Below are positions 30,198 to 39,739 of a DNA stretch of 64,000 bases, piece after piece. Position numbers and translations under genes: made by a program. Under the pieces are notes generated by a model. It made no database searches, was not told where the DNA came from, and saw nothing but the letters and a program-made list of their open reading frames with translations. The DNA comes from Treponemataceae bacterium. Its GTDB lineage: Bacteria > Spirochaetota > Spirochaetia > Treponematales > Rectinemataceae. Position 1 is the first letter of the stretch; each line of letters opens with the position of its first letter. The DNA is taken from assembly GCA_963678065.2 (NCBI GenBank), contig CAXXVZ010000003.1, positions 1-64,000 of the forward strand, read 5' to 3'.

Positions 30198-31779
30198 GAC
30201 GATTACGCTGCTCATCGTCGACGATGAAGAGTATGTCATCGACGGCCTGCGGCGCCACATCCCGTGGGACGAGATCGACATACAGGTCGTCGGATGCGTC
30301 TGCGACGGCGAAGACGGCATACACAAGGCTATGGAGCTGAAGCCCGACCTGGTCATGACCGACATTCGGATGCCCCAGCTCGACGGGATCACCATGATCG
30401 AGCGCCTCCACGATTTGGGGTTCCATCCTCATTTCCTCTTATATACAGGCTACAACGATTTCGAGTACGCGAAGCGGGCGATCAAATTCGGCGTTTCCGA
30501 CTACATCCTCAAGCCCTCCCTGCCCGAGGAGATTTCCCTCGCCCTGCTGAAGATTGCCGACAAATGCCGCGCGCAGAAGCAGATGATCCGCGACCAGGAC
30601 CTGCTGCGCGAGCAGTTCGAGAAGGATAAGCGGCTTTTGGCGCCGGCTTTTTTCGATGATCTTTTTACGGGCAGGGTCTTTTCGTACGATGAATTCGAGC
30701 AGCGCGACCAGTTCCTCGGGACGGGCTTGGCGGACAAGTCGTACTGCGTCGTCGCGCTCCACGTCGACGCCTCCTCCGAACTGTTCGAGTCTGCCGACAT
30801 CGAGCGGCAGCTTTATGTTCTCTATCAGATCTCTAATTATGCGGCGAACGTGTTCATGACGGGCGGCCATACCCGGGGCTTCAAGAACAACGACGAGTAC
30901 GCGCTGGTGGTAGGCGATCCCGCTGCCATGACGCAACAGGCCTTGCTGGAGAGGGCGACGCGGTGTCTGGATTACTGTACTTCTATTCACAACCTTTCGG
31001 TCGTCATCGGCGTCAGCGATATCGTTGAAGGCTTCGGACAAATCATGAACGCCTACAGGCAGGCTCGGGACTGCATTCACAGCGCCACAGTCTCCAATAC
31101 CGTTATATTCAGTGGTTCCGGGGGGGAGGACAGCCATGTGAGCCCTCCTCTCGGGATCGTCTACGACAAGGAAACGCTCATCGACGCGATCAAGACCGCG
31201 AACAAGGAATTGACGTTCAAGTGCCTTGGCCAATTCTTTTCCAGCGTCAAAAGAGTCAGCGCCAATCAGAACGTTTACGTTGTTCCCATGTTCTACGAGC
31301 TTGTCGGGTCCGTGACCACTGCGCTGCTCCAGATAGGAGTGGACTACGACATTGATTCGTTCCACGAGGTGATGAAGCCCGTGCAGACTATCCAGCAGCT
31401 CCAGAAAAAAACAGAGAAGTATTTCGACGCGCTTCTTGTGCACATGGAAAGCAAACATTTCGCCAAGAACTATCAAGTGATCCAGCGTATGCTCGCCTAC
31501 GTGAGGGAAAACTACGGCCAGGGCGTCACGCTGAATGAAGTCGCCGACGCGCTTCATTTTACTCCTAATTACCTTTCGACGCTCTTTTCCAAAAGTACGG
31601 GCGAGAGTTTTTCCCATTACATTCTGCGATACAGGATCCAAAAGGCGAAAGAATTTCTGGAGAGCGGCAAGTACAAGATCTATGAGGTAGGCGATATCGT
31701 CGGATATCGTAATCCTGAGTATTTTAGTAAAATATTCAAGGACATCGTTGGCATTTCGCCCTCGGCCTACGTGAAGTAA
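30190..31779 (+). CDS. Response regulator with AraC output (YesN-like)
   Basis: MAETITLLIVDDE, TDIRMPQLDG, YILKP, YLSTLFSKSTG, YFSKIFKDIVGISP. Confidence 0.93.
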   Translation: MAETITLLIVDDEEYVIDGLRRHIPWDEIDIQVVGCVCDGEDGIHKAMELKPDLVMTDIRMPQLDGITMIERLHDLGFHPHFLLYTGYNDFEYAKRAIKFGVSDYILKPSLPEEISLALLKIADKCRAQKQMIRDQDLLREQFEKDKRLLAPAFFDDLFTGRVFSYDEFEQRDQFLGTGLADKSYCVVALHVDASSELFESADIERQLYVLYQISNYAANVFMTGGHTRGFKNNDEYALVVGDPAAMTQQALLERATRCLDYCTSIHNLSVVIGVSDIVEGFGQIMNAYRQARDCIHSATVSNTVIFSGSGGEDSHVSPPLGIVYDKETLIDAIKTANKELTFKCLGQFFSSVKRVSANQNVYVVPMFYELVGSVTTALLQIGVDYDIDSFHEVMKPVQTIQQLQKKTEKYFDALLVHMESKHFAKNYQVIQRMLAYVRENYGQGVTLNEVADALHFTPNYLSTLFSKSTGESFSHYILRYRIQKAKEFLESGKYKIYEVGDIVGYRNPEYFSKIFKDIVGISPSAYVK

Positions 31780-32024
31780 TGAACGAACCCCGGAGCAGAG
31801 CTCCGAGGTATCGTTCGTTCTGTAAGGAATGGATTGTATGCGGGTCCATACCCGATTGTCACTTCACAAGAAAGAGCGAAGCAGAGCTTCGGGGTATGGA
31901 CCCGCATGCGAATCAACATCCATCTTTCGTAGAATATTATAGGTTTGCCGCATGCCGGGAAGGCGTTACTGTGAAACCGGGGCTGTAACAGCGAGGGTTT
32001 GTTCCAGCACCTAAAGGAGTTGCG

Positions 32025-33389
32025 ATGAAAAGGAATGTTACTTTAGTGATGTTGCTGCTGGCCATGACCAGCTTGTTCTGCGCGCCGTTGTTCGCCGCCG
32101 GCAGCCAGAAAGTGAAGATCACCGTTTGGGGGCCGCTGGAGAACTACAGCGAGGCCGAGAAGAAATCCTGGACCTTCTGCGTGGAGGAATACAAGCGCCG
32201 TTATCCGAATGTTGAGATCATCAGCATCTTCTCCCCTGCCGGCACCGATTATCGCCAGCAGTACGACAAGGCCTTGATGGCCGGCGATGCCCCGACCGTC
32301 ACGAACCTGCTGCCCTATGTCGATGTGCAGACCCGCGCAGCGAACGGCATGATCGCCGACATCACTCCGTTCGTGAACAATTTCGAGCTCAAGAAGCAGG
32401 GCAAAGTCAACACCGCCATGGACGCGGCCCTCCAGTACAAGGGAAAGTGGTACGGCCTCATGGATTACATCTACCTGGCCGGCACGATCTACAACAAAGC
32501 CTCGCTGGCGAAGGGCGGCGGAGACGTGGACAACCTTCCCAAGACCTGGGACGAGTTCGCCAAAGTCGGGCAGAAGATAACTGACCTGAACGCTCCGCGC
32601 TTCGGCTACCTGCTCCTGGGCATGGAATGGAACGCTTGGCCCTTCACCCCCTGGGTCTGGTCGGCGGGCGGCGACATGGTCATCCCCAACGGCGATGGAA
32701 GCTACCGGATCGGTTTCGCCGACGAGCCCGGCGTGGACGCCGCGGAGTTTTGGCACGACATGATCTGGAAATACAAAATGACGCAGAAAGACGTCCTGAA
32801 GGCGTGGAACGACCTCCGCGACGATATGCAGGCCGGCAGGGGCGTCTTCGCCTTCGGACGCATCGACCACTACGATTCCGAGGCCGAGCGCAAGTACGGT
32901 GTTCCCCGCTCCAACTTCAGCATTATGCCCATTCCCGCCAAGGACAAAGACCACAAGCCCGCGTCCATCGCCGGCGGCAACGCCTGGATCTTCAGCCCCA
33001 CCGCGACCGAAGCCGAGCTCAAGGCCGCCTGGGACTTCGTCATGCTGACCGACTACGACGAGGAGTTCCAGCTCAAGAAGTGGGCGTACGAGAATTCCAT
33101 CAATGGGCTAACCGACCGCATTCCCCCCCGCGTGGATCTGGTCAACAAGAAGTTCTCCATGGCGACGAGCTGGCCGAAGGGCCGCGCCGAGGCTGTCGCT
33201 GCGGTTTCCGCCACGGCGAAGATGGAACCGTCGTGCGCGAACTGGAACAACTTGAAGAACACGCTCTGCCCCTATCTGCAGAAGATCCTGCTCAAGGAGA
33301 AAATTTCCCGCGACGAGATTCGGTCTCTGCTCACGGCCGCCGCGAACGAAGCGTACGCCAATTATCCGGAAACATTTAAGAAGAAGTAG
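32025..33389 (+). CDS. Carbohydrate ABC transporter substrate-binding protein
   Basis: AAGGAG RBS, signal peptide ending LFAAGSQK, YNKASL, PKTWDEF, WSAGG, GGNAW. Confidence 0.9.
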   Translation: MKRNVTLVMLLLAMTSLFCAPLFAAGSQKVKITVWGPLENYSEAEKKSWTFCVEEYKRRYPNVEIISIFSPAGTDYRQQYDKALMAGDAPTVTNLLPYVDVQTRAANGMIADITPFVNNFELKKQGKVNTAMDAALQYKGKWYGLMDYIYLAGTIYNKASLAKGGGDVDNLPKTWDEFAKVGQKITDLNAPRFGYLLLGMEWNAWPFTPWVWSAGGDMVIPNGDGSYRIGFADEPGVDAAEFWHDMIWKYKMTQKDVLKAWNDLRDDMQAGRGVFAFGRIDHYDSEAERKYGVPRSNFSIMPIPAKDKDHKPASIAGGNAWIFSPTATEAELKAAWDFVMLTDYDEEFQLKKWAYENSINGLTDRIPPRVDLVNKKFSMATSWPKGRAEAVAAVSATAKMEPSCANWNNLKNTLCPYLQKILLKEKISRDEIRSLLTAAANEAYANYPETFKKK

Positions 33390-33402
33390 GCGCGATACGA
33401 AT

Positions 33403-33442
33403 GAGGCCGTTCCAAAGCTCGAAAAGCCATTGGGACGGCCTC
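33403..33442 (+). terminator. Stem-loop after solute-binding protein gene
   Basis: gaggccgttccaa ... ttgggacggcctc inverted repeat with one G-U pair. Confidence 0.6.
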
Positions 33443-33491
33443 CGTGCCGTTTCATGCTTTATAGGGGTCGACGGTAGTCGCAGCACCATGA

Positions 33492-34430
33492 ATGGAGCAA
33501 GGATCAGGGTTACTACATATGAATCATCCAACTGCCGCCCCTATCGGCCATGTCTCGAAAAAACGCTTGAACAGCGGATGGCTCTTCGTGCTTCCCGCCC
33601 TTGCGGCGTTTTTGCTCTTCAAGTATTATCCGATTCTCTCGGGATTTTTTATCACCTTCTTCAAATACAAAATCATGGATCCGCCCGGCCCCTTTGTCGG
33701 GCTCGCGAACTACTTCAAAGCCTTTAGGGATCCGTACGTCCTGAACGCGTTGGCGAACAATTTGGGCTTTTGGCTGATCATGCTGGCGATCAATTTCTGG
33801 GTTCCTCTGGTCCTGGCGATCATGGTCAATGAAGTCAGAAAATTGAAGACGCTGGTTCGGACGCTCTACTATATACCGGCGATCCTCCCGTCCGTTGTCA
33901 CGACGGTTCTCTGGAAATACATCTGGCAGCCGGACTATGGCCTTGCCAATTACCTGCTGGGCACAGTCAGCATCGCCCCCAAGATGTGGCTCAACGATCC
34001 CGCCCTGGTCAAGTGGTGCATGCGGATGCCATACCTTATGATATTTGCCGGCCTCTCCACCGGAATGAACTTCATCATTTACCTGGCGGCGCTCAACAAC
34101 GTGTCCAAGGAGACCTACGAATCGGCCCAACTCGACGGAGCCGGCTTCTGGGGCAAGCTTCTTTACGTCACGATTCCCTCCATCAAGGGGACGCTGGGGA
34201 TGCTGCTCGTGACGAACACGATAGACATCTTCAACCTGTTCGACGAACCTAAGATCATGACCGGAGGCGGGCCTGCCCGGGCCTCCGAGACTCTGGTGCT
34301 TTATGGCTTCGACAGAGCCTACACGGGCGGGGATTACAGCTACGCCATCACCATCACGACGATCTCGTTCATCATCGTGTTCCTTCTGACCGTAGTGCAG
34401 ATGCGGCTGCAGAAGGCAAGGGACGAATAG
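33492..34430 (+). CDS. Carbohydrate ABC transporter permease
   Basis: FVGLANY, YYIPAILP, YESAQLDGAG, MTGGGP; start may be 33519. Confidence 0.92.
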   Translation: MEQGSGLLHMNHPTAAPIGHVSKKRLNSGWLFVLPALAAFLLFKYYPILSGFFITFFKYKIMDPPGPFVGLANYFKAFRDPYVLNALANNLGFWLIMLAINFWVPLVLAIMVNEVRKLKTLVRTLYYIPAILPSVVTTVLWKYIWQPDYGLANYLLGTVSIAPKMWLNDPALVKWCMRMPYLMIFAGLSTGMNFIIYLAALNNVSKETYESAQLDGAGFWGKLLYVTIPSIKGTLGMLLVTNTIDIFNLFDEPKIMTGGGPARASETLVLYGFDRAYTGGDYSYAITITTISFIIVFLLTVVQMRLQKARDE

Positions 34431-34439
34431 GAATATGCA

Positions 34440-35294
34440 ATGCCAATAATACAAGACAGCGAATTGAAGAAGGGGGCCTCCGGCAAGAGGCTCTACATCG
34501 CGATCATGGCGATTCTCGTCCTCTGCATTCCGCTGCAGTTCCTGCCGCACGCGTGGATGTTCTTCGGCATGTTCAAGGACAAGCAGGAGGTAATGGCCTT
34601 CCCCCCGAAGCTGTTCCCTCAGGAATTTCTGTGGCGCAATATTCCGGAAACCTTCGAGACCTTCGACCTCTGGAACAACATCAAAAACACCTTCATCATC
34701 TGCGGCGGCACCATCCTCGTCCAGGTCACCATCAGCTCGCTCTGCGCTTTCGGCCTGTCCAAGCTGAAGCTCAGGCACGCGGGAACGCTCCTCCTTTTCT
34801 TTGTGGGCACCATGATGATCAGCAATCAGGCGACCATCATTCCGACCTTCCTCATGATGAACCGCTGGAAGTTGATCAACAGTTTCTGGTCGGTCATCCT
34901 GACTTTCTCCGCGTGGGGATGGTCGGTATTCCTTTTCAAGAATTTTTTCGACACCATCCCCGACACCTTGATCGAGGCGGCGCGAATTGACGGAGCGACC
35001 AACTTGCAGATTTTCACGCGCATCATGTTCCCCCTGTCGCTGCCGGTGTTCTCGATCGCAATCCTCAACACCTTCAACGCGGTGTACAGCCAGTTCATGG
35101 TGCCGCTCATGCTTCTGCCCGCCAGGAACAAGTGGCCGCTGATGGTGCAGATCTACACGTCCACGGTCTCCGCAGTGCCGTGGAATCAAGTGATGGTGCT
35201 GCTCACCGTGGCGTCGCTTCCGTTGATCCTCGTATACGTGTCGTGCCAGAAGTACGTCGTCGAAGGAATAGTGATGACGGGGATCAAAGGCTAG
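34440..35294 (+). CDS. Carbohydrate ABC transporter permease
   Basis: FFDTIPDTLIEAARIDGA, QKYVVEGIVMTGIKG. Confidence 0.93.
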   Translation: MPIIQDSELKKGASGKRLYIAIMAILVLCIPLQFLPHAWMFFGMFKDKQEVMAFPPKLFPQEFLWRNIPETFETFDLWNNIKNTFIICGGTILVQVTISSLCAFGLSKLKLRHAGTLLLFFVGTMMISNQATIIPTFLMMNRWKLINSFWSVILTFSAWGWSVFLFKNFFDTIPDTLIEAARIDGATNLQIFTRIMFPLSLPVFSIAILNTFNAVYSQFMVPLMLLPARNKWPLMVQIYTSTVSAVPWNQVMVLLTVASLPLILVYVSCQKYVVEGIVMTGIKG

Positions 35295-35301
35295 TGTCCT
35301 C

Positions 35302-35949
35302 GTGAGCGCCGGCCGAGATTACGTCGACACGATGCGTCGGTGGTTCCACGATGTCGTTCGGAACCCCGGAGCCTGGCTCAGCATGAGTCTCATGTTCCTC
35401 CTTGTCGCGCTTCCCGTCGTAACCTGGGGATGCGCCTGCGCCCTTCTTGCCATATATGCTGAAAAGCAGGCGAGCGGTAAGAAATTCAAGTGCTGGCCGG
35501 AGTGCAGGACATTCTTCTCCACAAGGACGGCCCTGTTTGGCTTACTATTTGGATTAGTCGATATCATTTTCGCCTTGGCGTTCGTTTTGTCTCTGACGTC
35601 CCTCTTCGCTCGGGACGCGACCATCCTGTCCAGGCTCCTCTCTTGCGTCTTCCTGTGGATCGACGCGCTCTACCTCTTGTCGGGGATATATCGGTATCCT
35701 CTGTTGGCGGCAAATCGGGAACTGTCCTTTGTGGCGGTGTTGTCGAAAAGCGTTCTCCTCACGGTCTCGAACGGACCGAACGTCGTTCTCATCTTCATGG
35801 CAAGCCTATGCGCTGCCATGGTTTCTTTCTGCGCTGGAATATTCTTTTTCGCTTTTCTTCCTGGCGCTCTCGCATTGCTGCATCGGTACAATTACCAAGC
35901 GAAATTTAGTGGAGATGTCGGGGAATTAGGAGAACAAAAAGAATTGTGA
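35302..35949 (+). CDS. Multi-pass membrane protein (YesL/DUF624-like accessory)
   Basis: About five hydrophobic segments, LPVVTWG, YRYPLLA; ends the sugar ABC operon. Confidence 0.6.
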   Translation: MSAGRDYVDTMRRWFHDVVRNPGAWLSMSLMFLLVALPVVTWGCACALLAIYAEKQASGKKFKCWPECRTFFSTRTALFGLLFGLVDIIFALAFVLSLTSLFARDATILSRLLSCVFLWIDALYLLSGIYRYPLLAANRELSFVAVLSKSVLLTVSNGPNVVLIFMASLCAAMVSFCAGIFFFAFLPGALALLHRYNYQAKFSGDVGELGEQKEL

Positions 35950-36304
35950 GATTAGTGGTGTCCAATCCTTGCAGTTGTGATGAAGACCCGCAGAGCGAAG
36001 GTCCAGCCGGAATTGTTCATCCCCAATATTACTCGATGGCAAGTTCAATCTCTATGTGTTTTAATCCTGGACTCATTGCGTATATTGGCAATAGAGAAGC
36101 CAGCTACTATCCTTGATAGAATCTCGCCGAGCAGTCGGGGTGGGGCGGCGGCCTTCGGGTCGACGAGATCGGCTATCCTTCCGCGCATCTCGCGGCGCAA
36201 TTCGGCAAGCTTCACGCTCAACGCATCGTTTCGAACTCAACGCAGTCAAAATTTGAGAAAGAGGAGTTGCCATTCCGGATCGGTGTCGAGACTTGTGCTC
36301 TTTC

Positions 36305-37024
36305 CTACTCGTTCTTCCCTAAAAACGCTTCGATGACCGCCGGGTCCGCGAGGAGGTCGGAACTTTTCCCTTCCCTGAAAATGCGCCCATGCGAGAGCAC
36401 GATGGCACGGTCCGAAATCTTCAGCGCCTGCCGCGCGTTCTGCTCGACGAGGAGAACGGTGGTGCCCGATTCCCTGATTGCGCCGATGGTCTTGAAAATC
36501 GCGTCGACGAGCAGCGGCGCGAGTCCCATGCTGGGTTCGTCGAGGAGGAGGAGCTTAGGCGCGGCCATGAGGGCGCGGCCTATGGCGAGCATCTGCTGTT
36601 CGCCGCCTGAGAGGGAGCCCGCGAGCTGCTTGCCGCGCTCGGCGAGGCGCGGGAAGAGGGCGTAGACTTTTTCGAGATCGGACTTGACGCCGCCGGCATC
36701 CTTTCGCGTCCACGCACCGAGCTCCAGGTTTTCCGTCACGGTGAGGGGGCCAAGGATGGCGCGCCCCTCCGGAACCTGGACGAGACCCGCGCCGACGATG
36801 CGGTCGGTGCGATGCCCCGTGATGTCGCGGCCCGCGAAGCGGATCCTGCCGCCTGAGACTTTCACGAGTCCCGAGAGGGCGAGGAGGGTCGAACTTTTAC
36901 CCGCGCCGTTCGCTCCGATGATGGTCAGGATGCGTCCTTCGTCCACCGAGAAGGAGAGGCCCCTGACCGCCTCGATGCTGCCGTAGCGGACTTCGAGGGC
37001 TTCGACTTCGAGGAGGGCGGCCAT
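36305..37024 (-). CDS. livF: Branched-chain amino acid ABC ATP-binding protein
   Basis: MAALLEVEAL, GANGAGKS, VPEGR, LSGGEQQMLAIGRALM, DEPSMGLAP, VEQN. Confidence 0.93.
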   Translation of the reverse strand: MAALLEVEALEVRYGSIEAVRGLSFSVDEGRILTIIGANGAGKSSTLLALSGLVKVSGGRIRFAGRDITGHRTDRIVGAGLVQVPEGRAILGPLTVTENLELGAWTRKDAGGVKSDLEKVYALFPRLAERGKQLAGSLSGGEQQMLAIGRALMAAPKLLLLDEPSMGLAPLLVDAIFKTIGAIRESGTTVLLVEQNARQALKISDRAIVLSHGRIFREGKSSDLLADPAVIEAFLGKNE

Positions 37025-38805
37025 CAGTCCCTCCCCAGATAGGCCTCGAGGACCTGTTCGTCGCGGGAGACCGCGGCGGGGGCGCCCTGGGCTATCTTCT
37101 TGCCGAAATTGATGACGACGATTTCGTCGCAGATTTTCATGATGAGGTCCATGTGGTGCTCCACCACGAGCAGGGTGTATCCGTGGCGCTTCAGGTCGAC
37201 GATGAACTCCCCGAGGCGGGCGGTTTCGACTTCGTTCATGCCCGCCGCCGGCTCGTCGAGGAGGAGGAGACGTGGGTGCATGGCCAGGGCGCGGGCTATC
37301 TCGACGCGCCTCTGGTCGCCGTAGGAGAGCTTTCCCGCCTTGAGCCCCGCGAGGGATTCGAGGCCGAGGCGCGCGAGGAGGGACAGAGCTTCTTCCCTCG
37401 CCGCGTTTTCCTCCCGCCCTTCCGCGGGAAGCCTGAGGAGAGTCGTCGCGAGGTTGGTCTTTATGTGGGTGTGCCGCCCGACAATGACGTTTTCGAGGAC
37501 AGTCATATCGCCGAAAAGCTGGATGTTCTGATAGGTGCGCGCTATGCCGGCCCGCGCTGTCCTGTAGGCAGCCTGATTCTGGATTTCCTTTCCGAGCCAT
37601 ACGATGCGGCCCGAACTCGGGCTCATGAGTCCTGAAACCAGATTGATGAGGGTGGTTTTGCCCGCCCCGTTCGGGCCGATGAGGCCGTAGATTTTCCCTC
37701 CGGAGAGCTCGAATCCCACACTGGAGAGGGCCTCGACGCCGCCGAAGAGCCGCGTGATCCCGTCGAGGACGAGGAGGGGCGCATCGGAAGAGGCCCCGGA
37801 AGTGGCGCCGACGCCGGGGACTGTGACGGAGTCGGTTCCGGAGCCCTTGGCCCGGCGTGACTTTCCGATGGGCAGGGCCGAGACGAGTCCTCCCGGCAGG
37901 AAGATGACGACGAAAAGGAGGGCCAGCCCGTTCAGGATGTTGGGCAGCTGGGCGAAATCCTTGAGGAAGCTCACCGAGGTTCCGGCCCAGTCACGAAGGA
38001 GAATCGGGAGGGCCGTGAGGAGTCCTCCGCCCAGGATCGAGCCGTACCACTGGCCCGATCCTCCGAGGACGGCGTACGAGAGGATGTCGAGGGAGCGGTT
38101 GAACTTGAAGTCCCCGTTGTCGAGGGAACCGACCGAGTGGGCGTACAGCGCCCCGGCGGCCCCGGCGAGCATCGCGCTCATGAGGAAGGCCATGCTGCGG
38201 TAGGCGACGATGTCGATGCCCATCGTGGAGGCTGCCTGCGGGTTCTCGCGCAGGGCGCGGAAGGCACGCCCGATCCTTGAGCGCGAAAGAGCCCAGAAGA
38301 GATAGCAGAGGAGGCCCAGGAAGACGAGGAGCATCCAGGTCTTCGTCTGCTTCATCGCCTCGTAGGGGAAGCCCGTGGAGAGATTGGCTCCCGTCGATCC
38401 GCCCGTGAGGTCGGGAAGGAGGATGATGAGGACGCGGACGACCTCTCCGAATCCAAGGGTGCAGATGGCGAGGTAGACATCCTTGAGCTTCAGGACCGGC
38501 AGGCCGATGATGAGGGCGATGACGCCGCAGAGGATGACGGCGGCGGGCATGGCCACTGCGAGGGGCAAGCCCATTTTTACGCAGAAGATGGCCGAGCCGT
38601 AAGCGCCGATGGCCATGAAACCCGCGTTGGCCAGCGACAGGAGCTTGGCGTGGAGGGTCGCGTAGGCGCTCAAGGCCAGGATCGCGTTGATGAGGAGGCG
38701 ATCGAGGTCGCCCGGATTCCGGAGGCACATGAAGATGTCGGCCGCAACGATGAGGATCACGATGGCCCAGGGACTCAGCTTTTTCAGGATTCCGTCGGCC
38801 TTCAT
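37024..38805 (-). CDS. Fused LivM permease-LivG ATPase
   Basis: From MKADGILKK: YLAICTLGFGE, ALRENP, VLGG; linker; GPNGAGKTT, RTYQN, DEPAAG, VEHHM in one frame. Confidence 0.9.
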   Translation of the reverse strand: MKADGILKKLSPWAIVILIVAADIFMCLRNPGDLDRLLINAILALSAYATLHAKLLSLANAGFMAIGAYGSAIFCVKMGLPLAVAMPAAVILCGVIALIIGLPVLKLKDVYLAICTLGFGEVVRVLIILLPDLTGGSTGANLSTGFPYEAMKQTKTWMLLVFLGLLCYLFWALSRSRIGRAFRALRENPQAASTMGIDIVAYRSMAFLMSAMLAGAAGALYAHSVGSLDNGDFKFNRSLDILSYAVLGGSGQWYGSILGGGLLTALPILLRDWAGTSVSFLKDFAQLPNILNGLALLFVVIFLPGGLVSALPIGKSRRAKGSGTDSVTVPGVGATSGASSDAPLLVLDGITRLFGGVEALSSVGFELSGGKIYGLIGPNGAGKTTLINLVSGLMSPSSGRIVWLGKEIQNQAAYRTARAGIARTYQNIQLFGDMTVLENVIVGRHTHIKTNLATTLLRLPAEGREENAAREEALSLLARLGLESLAGLKAGKLSYGDQRRVEIARALAMHPRLLLLDEPAAGMNEVETARLGEFIVDLKRHGYTLLVVEHHMDLIMKICDEIVVINFGKKIAQGAPAAVSRDEQVLEAYLGRD

Positions 38806-39728
38806 GCCCTGTCCCCCGATTTCCGGCCCATGATGCCGTTGGGTTTCACGAGAAGGATGAGGAAGAGAATGAGAAAGACGATGGCGTCCTTGATGTCGCT
38901 TCCACCCGGCAGGTAGGCGATGCTGAAAGTCTCGATGAGCCCGAGGATGATGCCGCCGAGGACGGCGCCCTCGATGTTGCCCATGCCGCCGAGGATGACG
39001 ACGGCGAGCCCCCTGAGCTGGATCTGTCCGCCCATGCCGGGGACGATGTTGTTGGTGAGAAGTCCCACGAGGATGCCTGCGGCGCCCGAAAGAGCCCCCG
39101 CGAGGAAGAAGGTGACGACGACGATCGCGTCGACATTGATGCCGAGAAGCCGGGAGGCCTTCTGACTCGCCGCGATGGCCCGGATAGCCTTGCCCATTCT
39201 GGTCTTTCTGATGAAATACCCCATCGCGGCCATGAGGACGATGGAGGCGGCGACGATGAGAATCTGGGCGCGGCTCACGCGGATGCCCGAGAAACCGCCT
39301 ATGTAGAAGGGTTTGGGGTTGAGGACCGTGTTCGGGAAGCGCCGTGTCTGGACCCCGAACACAGCCTCGGCGACGCTCACCATGATGAGGGAGACGCCGA
39401 TGCTGCTGATCATGGTGGAGAGCCTGTCCGAACCTTCGCGCCGCAGTGGCCGGAAGGCGACGAACTCGAGGAGGAGGGAGAGCCCCCCGCCCGCGATCAT
39501 GGAGACCGCGAGACCGAGGGGCAGGGGAAGACCTAAACCCGCCATCGCGAGCCATCCGGTGAAGGCACACCACATGAAGGTGGCTCCGTGCGCCAGGTTG
39601 ATGATGTCGAGGACCCCGAAGATCAGCGTGAAACCCATGGCGTAGACCGAGTAGAGAGCGCCCCGGGAGAGACCGTCGACGAGATTCTGGACAAGAAAAA
39701 CCGGATCTGCGAAGAGCGTCGGGTCCAT
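38802..39728 (-). CDS. livH: Branched-chain amino acid ABC permease
   Basis: GFTLIFGVLDIINLAHG, GKAIRA, ILGGMGNI, KPNGIMG. Confidence 0.93.
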   Translation of the reverse strand: MDPTLFADPVFLVQNLVDGLSRGALYSVYAMGFTLIFGVLDIINLAHGATFMWCAFTGWLAMAGLGLPLPLGLAVSMIAGGGLSLLLEFVAFRPLRREGSDRLSTMISSIGVSLIMVSVAEAVFGVQTRRFPNTVLNPKPFYIGGFSGIRVSRAQILIVAASIVLMAAMGYFIRKTRMGKAIRAIAASQKASRLLGINVDAIVVVTFFLAGALSGAAGILVGLLTNNIVPGMGGQIQLRGLAVVILGGMGNIEGAVLGGIILGLIETFSIAYLPGGSDIKDAIVFLILFLILLVKPNGIMGRKSGDRA

Positions 39729-39739
39729 GGTATTCCTAT

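Noticed and set aside
31779..31988. 69-aa ORF between response regulator and SBP
   Set aside because: No RBS or motif; more likely the promoter region of the ABC operon
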